A DNA stretch of 64,000 bases, taken from contig CATNEN010000039.1 in assembly GCA_950097015.1 (NCBI GenBank), positions 18,910,001-18,974,000 of the forward strand. The letters run 5' to 3'. The position numbers and the translations under genes were made by a program. Under the pieces are notes generated by a model that was not told where the DNA came from, ran no database searches, and saw nothing but the letters and a program-made list of their open reading frames with translations. Position 1 is the first letter of the stretch. Each line of letters starts with the position of its first letter. Shown piece by piece: positions 23,426 to 36,575 of the stretch. The DNA is from Macrostomum hystrix. Its lineage: Eukaryota; Animalia; Platyhelminthes.

Positions 23426-26400
23426 ATGCTGGCCATTTTGACTACCTGTGTCACCACGCCAGTAGATTATGCTTTATCACAGCAGCAGCCACTAAGCTAC
23501 CTACCCGAAGAGCTGCTTCACAAGGTGTTTCTGCAGTTGGATCAGGCCAGTTTAGGCCGGTTAAGACAGGTTTGCCGCCAATGGAATGCTGTGGCTTCCA
23601 GTGTGGCATTGTGGCGGCGCGTGCGACTCAGCGGGCACCGCTTGGAGACGCCACTGTGGCCAGAACTGCTGGCTTCGGGTCGGTTGGCCAGTTTAGAACT
23701 GCTTAATCTTCAGGTGAGTAGCGGGTTGTAGATTCAGGGAGTTTAGATGTGTGAGCCACTGAATATTCAGGGAGTTCAGATGTGTGAGTCACTGAATATT
23801 CAGGGAGTTCAGATGTGTGAGCCACTGAAGATTCTGGGAGTTCAGATGTGTGAGTCACTGAATATTCAGGGAGTTCAGATGTGTGAGTCACTGAATATTC
23901 AGGGAGTTCAGATGTGTGAGCCACTGAATATTCAGGGAGTTCAGATGTGTGAGTCACTGAATATTCAGGGAGTTCAGATGTGTGAGCCACTGAAGATTCA
24001 GGGAGTTCAGATGTGTGAGCCACTGAAGATTCAGGGAGTTCAGATGTGTGAGCCACTGAATATTCAGGGAGTTTAGATGTGTGAGTCACTGAATATTCAG
24101 GGAGTTCAGATGTGTGAGTCACTGAATATTCAGGGAGTTCAGATGTGTGAGCCACTGAAGATTCAGGGAGTTCAGATGTGTGAGCCACTGAAGATTCAGG
24201 GAGTTCAGATGTGTGAGTCACTGAATATTCAAGGAGTTCAGATGTGTGAGCCACTGAAGATTCAGGGAGTTTAGATGTGTGAGCCACTGAATATTCAGGG
24301 AGTTTAGATGTGTGAGTCACTGAATATTCAGGGAGTTCAGATGTGTGAGTCACTGAATATTCAGGGAGTTTAGATGTGTCATGTGTGAGTCACTGAAGAT
24401 TCAGGTGCTGCATGACTAAAACACACATGTTTCAGGGCTGGCATCTGCTAGCCGACAGTCTGTGGCAAGCGCCTGGCCTGATGCGACTGCTCATCAATTT
24501 TGACGATCGTGTCAGCGATTTGGAATTCGGCGACGACTTTCTATCCCGCCTAGCCGTGTGCGGCGGACTTCGCTGTCTGTGCATCGGCGGTCGCGCCCTG
24601 CTTACTGACGCCGGCCTGCTGGAAATGGTGCGCCAATTTTCATGCCTGGAGACCCTGTTTCTGGGCGCCACCGCTTGTCCTGGCTGGGAGGGCGTCTCAT
24701 TGGCCGGCCGGGCTGACGCTATTGATCTCCGTCGATTAATTGAGCGACCGGTTGATTATCCGGCTGGTCAGCTGACTAGAGTGGTGAGCTTAATTAGTGA
24801 ATGGTTTCTAAATGCCTTAGTTTGCATGATCCAGCGACTTAAAAACCTGTTAAAAACCTTAAAAACACTTCCCTAACGACTGGAACACTTTCATAATGAC
24901 TAAAAAACTCCCATTGCTACTTAAACACTACCCTAACAACTGAAGCACTACCATAGTGACTCAAGCACTCCTATTGCGACTCAAGCACTCCCATAACGAC
25001 TCAAATGCTTTACTAACGACTTAAAAGCATCACTAACAACTCAAAAGCATCCCTAACGACTCAAATGCTTCACTAACGACTCAAAAGCATCACTAACGAC
25101 TCAAATGCTTCACTAACGACTCAAAAGCATCACTAACGACTCAAATGCTTCACTAACGACTCAAAAGCATCACTAACGACTCAAAAGCATCACTAACGAC
25201 TCAAATGCTTCACTAACGACTCAAAAGCATCACTAACGACTCAAAAGCATCACTAACGACTCAAATGCTTCACTAACGACTCAAAAGCATCACTAACGAC
25301 TCAAATGCTTCACTAACGACTCAAAAGCATCACTAACGACTCAAATGCTTCACTAACGACTCAAAAGCATCACTAACGACTCAAATGCTTCACTAACGAC
25401 TCAAAAGCATCACTAACGACTCAAAAGCATCACTAACGACTCAAATGCTTCACTAACGACTCAAAAGCATCACTAACGACTCAAAAGCATCACTAACGAC
25501 TCAAATGCTTCACTAACGACTCAAAAGCATCACTAACGACTCAAATGCTTCACTAACGACTCAAAAGCATCACTAACGACTCAAAAGCATCACTAACGAC
25601 TCAAATGCTTCACTAACGACTCAAATGCATCACTAACGACTCAAATGCTTCACTAACGACTCAAATGCATTACTAACGACTCAAACGCTTCCCTAACAAC
25701 TCACACCCTCCCCTAACGACTCTGTAGCGACTCTAAGCCTCTTTAACTAGTTGCTACGATTTCGTCAGTCTTAGTCAAGTTCCTAATTAAAAACTAATAA
25801 AAAGTCCTTGCTCCTGTAGGACCGTTTGTAAAGTAACTTTATAAACAAACCAGTTTTAATGTTAGTAAATTGTCATTAATCTGCACATTGCTTTCAGGTG
25901 CTAAGCGGCCTGCCGAGTGTCACAGCCGATGGCATTTTAGCCGCATTGCGTCTCACGGCCATTGCCGACCCAGTCGACCCTGCCGGTTTAGAAACAGACG
26001 AATCGGCCTTTTCAAACACTTTCTGGATGCCTGCTCCAACTCCAATGGATCTAGTGCACAATAATCACAATAATAATAGCAATGAGGAGCCCGACTATGC
26101 CCGACCGTGGCACCGACTTTCGGCCAGTTGGCTGCCGTTGCGCGAGTTCAGCATCCGCGCCCGGCATCCAATCACCGGTGCCACCGGCCTGGCGCCGACT
26201 GTGGCCCGCGAAGCACCTCTATTGAATCGTCTAGACTTGGACTGGGGCCGGGCGCCAAGCAAAGCCGATCTGGCCTCTTTAACTGAATCCGCTCCGCGTC
26301 AGCTGGCCTCGCTGGCCATTAGCTTTCGCGACCTCTTCGAGCCCAGCCTAACCAGCCTGCTGGCTGCGTGTCCCCGCCTGCGCAGACTGTGTGCTAGAGA

Positions 26401-27034
26401 TCTGCCCCGCCTTGGCGACCTGTCAGCTGACCTGTCCGGCCTGGTGCTGCTGCCTCACCTCACCGACCTCTGCCTTCACTTCAGCTATGGCGCCTTCTCG
26501 GCTGACAGACTCGGCCCCTGCCTTGCCGCCTGTCCGAGCCTAGCCCGACTGTCCCTGTTCGCCCAGGAGTTTGGCCCGGCTGGTCGTGCCGGCCGGCCCC
26601 TGAATGGCCTGGCCAGATTGTTGCCAATGCTGGGCCGTCTGCGCCAATTAACTCTGTGCGTCACTAGCCTAACCGACTCGCTGCTGGCTGACGAACTCCT
26701 GCCAGCCTGCCCAGCGTCGCTGGCTTCTCTCCGGCTGCAGTCGTGCGCCGATGTCACCGGGCGCGGCCTGGCCACGGCCTGCGCCAGACTGCCGCCTGGC
26801 CTAGTTGAACTGGAACTGCACGACTGCGCCAGACTAACCGACGACTGCGTTGCCGCCCTGGTCGCCGCCTGTCCTCGACTTCGCTGCCTCCGCCTGCTGG
26901 ACTGTCCTGGCGTGTCCAAGCGTCGGCTGGCCCCCCTAGTTGAAGTGTGGTCTAAGGAGAGGGCCGCCTTTGAGTTGGACTGCTGCGACAGCGGCTGCCG
27001 GGTGCAGTCGGTGCCGCCGTTCCTACTGGCTTGA
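23426..27034 (+). CDS. F-box/LRR protein (FBXL-type), ~590 aa; exons 23426-23713, 24436-24783, 25898-27034
   Basis: F-box LSYLPEELLHKVFLQLDQASLGRLRQVCRQWNAVAS...LWRRV. Cys-containing LRRs (LxxLxLxxCxxVT/LTD). Both introns are GT-AG, phase 0. Confidence 0.9.
23733..24405. repeat. Intronic 33-bp minisatellite (GTGTGAGTCACTGAATATTCAGGGAGTTCAGAT)
   Basis: About 20 units fill intron 1 of the F-box gene. Confidence 0.95.
24870..25720. repeat. Intronic 20-bp minisatellite (CACTAACGACTCAAAAGCAT / ...AATGCTT)
   Basis: Two alternating unit variants in intron 2 of the F-box gene. Confidence 0.95.
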
Positions 27035-27074
27035 CGGACTTTTATTTCACCTGCCACTCTGAGTGTGCTCCCAC

Positions 27075-27145
27075 AGTGGGCGAGTGGGTCAGCGGCTAGC
27101 GTCGCTGCCTCGCACTCCAAAGGACGCTAGTTCGATTCTCCCTTC
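27075..27145 (+). mobile_element. tRNA-derived SINE head (degenerate)
   Basis: A-box-like TGGGTCAGCGGCTAG and B-box-like AGTTCGATTC just 3' of the F-box stop. Confidence 0.4.
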
Positions 27146-28383
27146 AAGTCACGATTAATTTCGGGACTTGTTGGAGGGTTTGGACAGTAGCGACCGGAGG
27201 AGGTGCACCATATTTCGTGCAATCAAAGCTTGAAATAATAGCTTCGCTCCTACCTTCTGTGTGCCTGTTCTGCGTTGTGTGAGTTGTGTGCGTTGGCGCT
27301 GGGGCGTGAGGCCTTGTGGGGGTGGCTGTGGGGCGGGTGTACACCGCCGCGCGCTTTCTGGATTTCCGTCAGCGCGATTGGATAAGTGTACACTCATCAC
27401 CCGGCCCCCCCCCCTGAGGACTGATTTCTTTTCAGCCTTCCGCCCCGGCTTGGTCTGCTCTATGCGTGTGGGGCTGGGGTGGGGGGCACTGCTGCCTATT
27501 CTGGGTGCCTCCTGCCCTCCCCGGCTGGTCTGTGCTGCTGTGTGTGGTGCCTGCTCAGGGGAGGCGGCGCGATCGCCTAGTTCGCCGGTCTGGGGGCGTG
27601 CCGCTCCGTCGCTTGTGCGACAAGTGCCCCGGGCCCCCTGCAAATAGATAGAGATAGAATGTGCTCCCGCATGCTAGTTTATGTGCTGCCCCTTTTGATA
27701 TGCAATAGTTTTATCTGTGAAGGCACTCACCTATTTTGCAGTTATTTGCTAGTTTATTTTTGGCTTTCAAATTCGCTGGATTCAGTTACGGACATTGTAC
27801 CACATCTGACTATCGCATCGTCAGCTATTCTAATCTGTTTATTGTGGTCAGTGTTTAAAAGTGTGACGCGGCTGTTTTTGACGTTTTTAATTAGCGTTTC
27901 GTGTCAGCTGGCAAGTTGTTTTTTTCTCGTCTCGATTCAGTCTGTCAATTTTTGGAAAAATTGTGATTCATTGATGTACAATATTGTCATCTATACACAC
28001 ACCTATATACAATATACATTAATAAATATTTACACCCAAACCTGTTATCTACAGAAAACCAATTTAGATTTAATCTTAGCTTTCACTGCAGCTTTTACCT
28101 ACATTATCCCCAAAAATGTATTTTCTTATTTCTCGCTGTAGTCAGCTTACATTAGAGTCAGTATTGTTTTTGTCCATAAAATTATCATCTTTTTATTCTG
28201 TCTCATTGTTTCTGTACAGTTTTTTCCTAAATACTTGCATGCCTTTGCTGACTTCGTTCGTTTAGAAATTATTCATTTTTGTAATTTTTAAACGGAATGT
28301 GTTCAAACTATTTTTTTGTCTAAATTAATATCAAGACTTACATTTTAGGTGGTGCCTGAAGTGAGATTTTATTTCTTTTTACT

Positions 28384-29690
28384 ACTGTCAGAGGGGTGAG
28401 ATTTCTGTTGATTTAGATACAGTCAGAGGGGTGAGATTTCTGTTGGTTTAGATACAGTCAGAGGGGTGAGATTACTGTTGATTTAGATACAGTCAGAGGT
28501 GTGAGATTACTGTTGGTTTAGACACTGTCAGAGGGGTGAGATTTCTGTTGGTTTAGATACTGTCAGAGGGGTGAGATTTCTGTTGGTTTAGATACTGTCA
28601 GAGGTGTGAGATTACTGTTGATTTAGATACAGTCAGAGGTGTGAGATTACTGTTGGTTTAGATACAGTCAGAGGGGTGAGATTTCTGTTGGTTTAGATAC
28701 TGTCAGAGGGGTGAGATTACTGTTGATTTAGATACAGTCAGAGGGGTGAGATTTCTGTTGGTTTAGATACAGTCAGAGGGGTGAGATTTCTGTTGGTTTA
28801 GATACAGTCAGAGGGGTGAGATTTCTGTTGGTTTAGATACTGTCAGAGGTGTGAGATTTCTGTTGGTTTAGATACAGTCAGAGGTGTGAGATTACTGTTG
28901 GTTTAGACACTGTCAGAGGGGTGAGATTTCTGTTGGTTTAGACACTGTCAGAGGGGTGAGATTTCTGTTGGTTTAGATACTGTCAGAGGGGGGAGATTTC
29001 TGTTGGTTTAGATACTGTCAGAGGTGTGAGATTTCTGTTGGTTTAGATACTGTCAGAGGGGTGAGATTTCTGTTGGTTTAGATACAGTCAGAGGGGGGAG
29101 ATTTCTGTTGGTTTAGATACTGTCAGAGGGGTGAGATTACTGTTGGTTTAGATACTGTCAGAGGTGTGAGATTACTGTTGGTTTAGACACTGTCAGAGGG
29201 GTGAGATTTCTGTTGGTTTAGACACTGTCAGAGGGGTGAGATTTCTGTTGGTTTAGATACTGTCAGAGGGGGGAGATTTCTGTTGGTTTAGATACTGTCA
29301 GAGGTGTGAGATTTCTGTTGGTTTAGATACTGTCAGAGGGGTGAGATTTCTGTTGGTTTAGATACAGTCAGAGGGGGGAGATTTCTGTTGGTTTAGATAC
29401 TGTCAGAGGGGTGAGATTACTGTTGGTTTAGATACTGTCAGAGGTGTGAGATTACTGTTGGTTTAGACACTGTCAGAGGGGTGAGATTTCTGTTGGTTTA
29501 GACACTGTCAGAGGGGTGAGATTTCTGTTGGTTTAGATACTGTCAGAGGGGGGAGATTTCTGTTGGTTTAGATACTGTCAGAGGTGTGAGATTTCTGTTG
29601 GTTTAGATACTGTCAGAGGGGTGAGATTTCTGTTGGTTTAGATACAGTCAGACGGGGGAGATTTCTGTTGGTTTAGATACAGTCAGAGGT
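28384..29690. repeat. 35-bp minisatellite (TGTCAGAGGGGTGAGATTTCTGTTGGTTTAGATAC) with 280-bp higher-order repeat
   Basis: Variant GTTTAGACAC recurs at 28901, 29181 and 29461. Confidence 0.95.
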
Positions 29691-30287
29691 GCAATTAAAT
29701 CTGTTAGTGCAATTATCATATTTTAAGAGCTTTCCAAATCTGTCATTTCTTGTTTATATATATTTCATTCTAACTAAAAGAGCAGTCGGAAAGCTTATGT
29801 TATGTGCATTATATTGGTTATAAATCTAATGCTAGTCCACCATGAATCATGCATGCCTTAATTTGTGATCTCACCCATTTGATTTATTGTGCAGTAGCTC
29901 GCTTCTATTTGATTATAAATACTTGTTTTTTCGATAATAATTTTTATAGGTAGACCAATTTTCCCTAAATAAATTCAATTCATTTATCAAATTATCTACG
30001 GCTTTTATTGTTACATATTTATCGTATGAGTAATAAAAATAATGACGGGATCTGCCATAGCCATTGCCCCAATTCTTTAAAACCTTACCATTGGAAATAT
30101 TGTCGTCTTTAACAATTTACCTCGATCCTTTTCTTTCTCGCAGGATTTATTTAGTAAATAACATTTTTAGGATTCTGTTTCTAGCAATCCTTTCTGAGAG
30201 CGTCTAGCTGTACAGAATACAGAGTTGATGGGGTACGGTCCCAAAATTTATCACTGTATATATTAAGAACCCGTATAATGTACCAGT

Positions 30288-30632
30288 AATAATAATAATA
30301 ATTGCAGGAGGGCTGCGCGCAATGGCACATAATTTAGTGACACTAGACCCGCAGCCAGCGAGGAGGCAATTCTGCCGATGTCACTGAATCCTGAGTACAC
30401 ACGCACACATGTATCGTACGCAGGCACACGCTCACACAGGTGTGTGCATCTGCTCTGACTTTCTCACCGTCAGACAGTGTACACTGTCATTTCGCCTTTA
30501 AGGCCCTCAAGGGTGTAAATTGCATGACAAGCCCCCAAGCATTCTCTCCGCGGCTGCGCCTCAAATAAATATGGCCTCGCCGCGGAATCGAACCGCGGAC
30601 GCGTTAGACCGCTCTTCCACTGACCCCCTAGC
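30288..30632 (-). mobile_element. tRNA-derived SINE
   Basis: Minus strand: head with B-box GGTTCGATTCC (~30583-30593), GC-rich body, (TTA)n tail at ~30288-30302. Confidence 0.55.
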
Positions 30633-30743
30633 TTAGTTACCAACTTAATGTGTTAAATTTAACAGATCTAATTTGAACTTTTTTCTACAATGTTCAGCTG
30701 AGCCATCGCCGGTTTCAAGATCGAAATCTTGAACCCTAACAAC

Positions 30744-31234
30744 ATGTCAGACTCCATCACTGGCTCCGGCTGTCAGCGACCCTGTCGGGAGCACGTGTTC
30801 ATCACCGACTTGGAGAATGTTCGCCAGATGGAAGTCAGCCTCATCCGCCTACTAAATGACTTTAACGAAGGCCGGCTGCGCGCGTTCGACGTTGACAATT
30901 CGTTCGAGTCGCTAGACGCAGCTCGCGAGATGCAGGAAGGCCTGTCCGATCAGCACTTCCAGATGGATGCCAAACTCGAGCAGCTGGATAGGTTTGGCCG
31001 TCTTTAATTAGGGACGTGCTCCGCGCCTGCTCAATAATTGATCATGTATTGATTTTTGAACATTGCAGAGATGCTCCACACCAGGACCGAGTGCCCAGTC
31101 TGCAGTCCAAGGAGGGCCAGCGAATCATGAAGGAGGAGACTGGCGAGGTGATGCGTAAACTGCGTGATTTGTCGCTTAAAATCCAAAGCCTTCACAAGGC
31201 CAGGCCTCCGGGTGGCGCGTCCGGGACAAATTGA
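30744..31234 (+). CDS. CCDC28: CCDC28 family protein, 137 aa (exons 30744-30991; 31069-31234)
   Basis: EHVFITDLENVRQMEVSLIRLLNDFNEGRLRAF...SFESLDAAREMQEGLSDQHFQMD and LRDLSLKIQSLH match CCDC28A/B. Phase-2 77-bp intron. Confidence 0.9.
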
Positions 31235-31602
31235 TTGACAAAAAATAGTAACATCTTCCTATTCAAAATGTACTACTTACTTCGAAATAATGACGTCATG
31301 TGAAGTAGTGTATTTTGGACATGATTGGAAAATTTGTAAATAATATATTACTTAACGCCTAAGGAATAAATAACTGCCAAAATAATAGCTGCCGTTCTAC
31401 TAAACTTTTCAAAGTAAACCTTTCTGAAAATTGCGGTACTTCACTACATTTAGTTCAAATTTAGCCGTACTGTTTGACATCCGAAATATTGTTTGCACGT
31501 GTTTGCATTTGAAATAGTTGCCTTTTGGATAAAAGTGTCATTATCGGACGCCTAGATTGACACTCAACTCAACATTTTAAACTTGTTCGACCGAACAATT
31601 CC

Positions 31603-32692
31603 TCAGCCAATCAGGTTGAAGAAGTCGCGAATCTCTGCTTCAGTCATGCGGGTACTGGCAAAGGCAAGGGCTCGAAGGGTGCCCCGTAAGTACTGATTGC
31701 TGACATGAGCGTTAACTCTCATTCCAACGTACAGGCACAGGTTGTTGTTGTTCACTATAGTGAAATTGGAATCAGCTGCAAGGACGAGGGCTCCGTTTGC
31801 GAGAAATGAGTTCGATGCGAACATATCGAAGGAGCCTCCGGAGGCGGTGAAGCCGATGTTCAGCCAGTCGTCATGGCTGGCAGACAATAAGCTCGTGGTC
31901 GAGAAAACAGCAGGAAGCAGCTGTCCTCTGATATGCTGGTCCTGACAAACAATTGTCTGGGGTTTTCATACTCCCAGATGGAGATTCCTTGATAAGATGG
32001 GCCGTTGATGGCGTTGCAGGCCGTGAATTCGATGAATGGCTGCAACTGCGGCTGCCTCTTGAGCCTCAGCAGCCAGGTGAGTCCCGTCGCGAAGCTCAGG
32101 CTCGACTTGTTCAGCACGGCGTAGGCCGATGAGCCGTCGAACACCGCGCCCTCGCTGCTCCATTGAACAGCCACCGGGTGCAGCCGGTTCGTGTCTTCAT
32201 CGGCCTGACACACCAGATTCTCCAGTCTGCTCACTGCATCGCCCACCCACACATTGTTGAGCTTGGCGTTCATCGATCGGTGATTGATTGGAAATCGGAA
32301 GAACACGGCACAATGAGGCGACTGTCCGGGACTCAGGCTGCGACAGATCGACTGGAAGTTGAAGACGGAGCAGGTGCCGCTGCGCCTGTCGAACTGCGCC
32401 ACCAGAGCTCCAGGGCGCGCCTTCCGCGAAGCTTTCCCAATACATTCGATGTCCGAGGCGGCGTCTAGAAGGTCAATGGCTGTCGGCGAGTCCTCCGCTG
32501 CGCACCGGACATCCGCCAGCGTCCAGTCGGAGCTGCTGATTGGCTGGCTGTGGACTGCGGTCGCCAGCAGACTCATGGCGATTGAAAGCAGCTCCAGGTT
32601 GTTGTCTAAAAGTTTTAGTTATAAGATTTTCTTAATAAAATGGTGAATCTGTATTTAAATCCGATAAATCGGAGCTTACATTTAAACACCAT
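31603..32692 (-). CDS. Secreted PAN/Apple-like + LamG/ConA-like protein with one frameshift (~31900-31945); possibly a pseudogene or a sequencing indel
   Basis: Mini-exon 32692-32680 (ATG GTG TTT AAA T|GTAAGC) splices to 32605, giving signal peptide MVFKYNNLELLSIAMSLLATAVHS. TATAAAA at ~32718-32724. PAN-like SDIEC...QFDRRSGTCSVF. LamG-like GAVFDGSSAYA, QLFVR / WLNIGFT, LYVG, LRGTLRALAFASTRMTEAEI split over two frames. Confidence 0.65.
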
Positions 32693-34705
32693 GTAGTTCA
32701 GAGAATACGTTCAGATATTTTATAAACCAATGGTTAATTTGGAGTCTGGCAGTGTCCTGCAATGTCTGGCTCAATATTATTTAATCCTTAAAAAATCTGA
32801 ACACATTTGATTAGCAATCTTTCATTCATTTTATAGCCATATATGCAAACACGTGCAGAAAATTTCGATCAACAAATGATGGGCACTAAGTTGTCTCATA
32901 CTCGAGATAAGAAGGTGCTTAAGTGCTGCAATTCGTTTGAAACTGAGGACTGTCTGGAGGGACTGAAGTGGATTTACTTCTATACAATTTTAATCAAGTA
33001 AATTCTGTGAATTTTCTCTTACACACATGTTTCCTGCTTATCAACCAAATCGTCTGTTACGAATGAAATTGCCCACTCAAACCGTTGATGTCGATATTGA
33101 AATTTGAGACTAATTTGATGTGGATAACTGTTTTATCCACATTATCCTATCGTTATTGGTGAAAAAAAGTAATTTAAATGTATAATAGTTGCGGTTGTAT
33201 TATAAGCATATATATGCTAGCACATCGTTAGAAAGGCTGTGCAAGTTATGTTTACAGTACTTTTGTAATTCTTTCCTAATTTTCTACGTTACATCTGGAA
33301 TTGACTTCTCATGATCACAAACTTTTAGTCGACCTTTGCTTTACAAACACTGACTTCGCTTAAAAATTGTATCAAACGAGCATTATTAGACCTGAAATAA
33401 CTGCGGGCTGCGAAACAATAAAACAAAAAATAATCGACTCAGTTCGACGCCCTAAATTATGGATTTCGATACAGTTTGCGATGATTCCTACTCTAGGTGT
33501 TTCAGAGTGTGGGTAAGATTTGTGTTAGTCCCTTGTTCTTTCAGTTGCATCCAATAAGTTTGAATAAAGCCTAAATTACATAAATTTCGTAAATTTGTAA
33601 ATTAGCAGTAAAACAAATTAAATAATCGTAATAAGAATTTGTTTCAAACTATATTTTTATACAAAGCCTATTAAATTAAAACAGTAAAAATGACAAACTT
33701 TCTGAATTATTTTGAATTTAAAAAATCTTACTTTTTGTAGTCATGGGGTTAGCTAAGTTAAAAAATTTAACAGCACATGCTTGTTGTATTATATATAATA
33801 TATTCTCAGTTGTCGTGTCTATGACGCTAAGTTAGAGAGAAATGCTCGGAAGAATGTCTAGATTTCGTTTCTAACTGATTGTAATTTGTTACTTTAGTTC
33901 TAATATCATGTTAAACCGTATCAATGGATAAATGAATTCATTTATTTTTATTTACATCCTACCGATGTTGATGTACCGTAATAACTCTTGGCTCATCATC
34001 CTAAAAATGGCTAAACCAAATTAGTTTCCTGCTATTTATATCTTAGACCAGTTTTTTCTAGACTTTTTAACAACTGCAGCACTAACTTTACACAAAGATA
34101 ACACTATTATACAAATTAAGTTTTTTACTAGATAAACTGAAAAGAAAAAGAAGCTTGCCAGGGACCGGTGATAGAATTTTTCAGATAAATGCAGTCTGTA
34201 ATCTTTAGATATTTTGTTTTTATTTCTCTTACAATTTTTTAGTTCTAATTAGAAGCAATTCTAGGTGCAATGATTTTTTGTGAATTGCTATTAATTAAAA
34301 ATACTTTTTTCTTTAAAACATTTTGCTATGATATCATTGTTTTCCCAAAATTTAATAGTTAGATCTGAATGAAAGAGTTAGGAATAAGATCTTTTGTCTC
34401 TGTTAAAAAATATTTTAGCAGATATCGGACTATGCACCAAAACAATTAGAAATCAGTAAGAATAACAAACAGAATATTTATGTTTTTATTAGTCAGTCTA
34501 TATAACTGCGATTAAATTCAACCTCTTGACTTAATAAATTTATTGATAGTGTCATTTCTTTTTCTTTACAAGCATGTTTAATAAAAGCACAGGATTTTTT
34601 TCTTTTTCAATATAGAATCTTTAAGCTTTGACCATGTAACAATTATTACATTTTTATAAGAAACTATAAATTGCAGCAAGGAAAGCAATTTATCAACTAT
34701 CAGAC

Positions 34706-36575
34706 ATGGCCACCGACTTGGCTAAAGACAGGGCAGCCCGCAATCTTCGCAAGCAGAGCAATGCCCCTGCAACTGGCCACTTTCAGATGAAACACCTGTC
34801 AGGTGGAAAGTTTAGCCAGTAAGTTGAATTGATCTTATCAATTTAAGATTTTTACACATTACAAGCTGAACTGTGTCTACCTTGGTAAACTCTGTAGTGA
34901 TATCGTATAATTATTTGTACGAGAAAGAGCAATTGATATTTATGTTACTTATTTTTTTACTTTGAGTATAATAAATCACAATGATGTTCTCATTGCCAGC
35001 ACGAAGAGCTTCATTGTGGAAGACGATGAAAGGTGTTGTTTCAATTAAACTGGCTCTTGTTTATTGTTTCTTCTCCATTTTGTTTGTTTCTTGAAAAATC
35101 CTGAATTTATGCACATTCGCCTTGTTGAGCAAGTATCGGAAGCTTAAGTATTTTTAGTTTAAAGTTTAAAGTTTTATCTTCAAGTCTTGTCCTAATACTG
35201 CTTGCTGATTTCTGCTATTTCTAACTTGATGAGACTTGTCTTTGGACGTAATTTTTTACTATACTCTGCCTCTTATCCATGCAGACTCGAGGTGACTGCT
35301 ACTTATCTTACTGGCAATCGATTAAAAGCAAGGATTTGGGCTTAGGGCTCAACCTTGCAAGTGGCTGTACCGCAATCAAATTTTTTTTCATCTAGCGCGC
35401 AGATTCCTTTTATTGCATTTCTAGCAGTTTCACACTTTTCCATTCATTTTATCCACGAAATCTACAGTAATTTTTTTCTATGTTTCACTGTTTTTTTATA
35501 CGTGAGACCATGCACCTAGAAGTTACAGTTGCTTTTGCAAAATTCAACCTGCCTTTAATAGAAGAATGTCGCAATTAAATCAAAACTAAACTTTGTTGCT
35601 AAGCAGAATGTGTTAACTAATCGTAGCAGTGGCATTAGGTCCTTCCTAAAATCTCCAAATTTTTATCCTATTTTCCTTAGTCACGATCCAAACAAAACAA
35701 GTTCATCTAAAGCACTAAAAATCAAAGCCGGAAGGCTCTAGGGAATAGATTGATCACTATTGATCTGGATGCATGAGTTGAGTCTAACTGTAAAGACACC
35801 CTCAATTCTTGGTTGCATCAGCTAAGGGCAGAAATTGGGTGTGTGCCGAGGCCTCCAGTCCATGGACTGAACACCAGTACAGAGCCTTCAGACGCCGCTG
35901 TACATCAGATAATTCAAGTCCTTTAACCTGCTCCACTGATTTATCAATCTTTACCTAGGCCGATCAGTTCTGTCTCGCAGATCGATGAGCAGCCCTACCC
36001 CAGCGGCGCGAAGCTTGAGAACAGCTACCAGCTAGGGCCGCACCGAAATTTCCCAGTTGCCGAGGTGCACAAAATTCTCAAGGACGTGCTGGAGGGCTAC
36101 CTGGCTGAGGAACGTTACGAAGAGGATTTTGCCAGGGAAATGAGCAAGAACATCAGTCAGGTGAGGCGTTCAGCATCACGTGACCTGTCAGACGGTAGTT
36201 TGTCAAGTAATGTATACCATTATACGAGTATATTATCACATTTAATTATCTCTATTATTATGACTAGCGTAAACACTCCATGAATAGGTTTCGGCCATAG
36301 TCAAGAAAGTAGATGGGCCTCTTCAACTAGTAATTAGCTTAACAAACAACACTGAACCACTGTAACAGGTGATCCGAGCTCGCATCAAGGAGCTGCAGGC
36401 CCTGGGCCGCTACAAGTTTGTCACAGTTTGCTCAATCGGCATGAACGGCAGCCATGGCCTCGCCATCAGTAGCCGATGCCTGTGGAATGACGTCACGGAT
36501 AATTATTCGTCCTACCAATTTCGCAACAGCTCCCTGTACGCGGTTGCCACAGTGTTTGCTATCTATCAGGACTGA
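34706..36575 (+). CDS. DYNLT5: Dynein light chain Tctex-type 5 (TCTEX1D1-like), 184 aa; exons 34706-34818, 35000-35032, 35959-36160, 36369-36575
   Basis: ENSYQLGPHRNFPVAEVHKILKDVLEGYL...YE...MSKNISQ|VIRARIKEL...RYKFV...SRCLWN..TDNYSSYQFRNSSLYAVATVFAIYQD. All junctions GT-AG and phase-consistent; the first two exons are less certain. Confidence 0.9.
35765..35915 (+). mobile_element. SINE 3' fragment
   Basis: Shares CAGTCCATGGACTGAAC with the SINE copies at 39290 and 44970. Confidence 0.45.

Noticed and set aside
27144-28141. GC-rich ORFs and a hydrophobic 160-aa ORF after the F-box gene
   Set aside because: No recognisable motifs; more likely 3' UTR and repeat debris. No element ends could be defined.
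22515-29690. Regularly spaced 24-35-bp repeats as CRISPR arrays
   Set aside because: Head-to-tail units with no unique spacers, no cas genes and a eukaryotic context.
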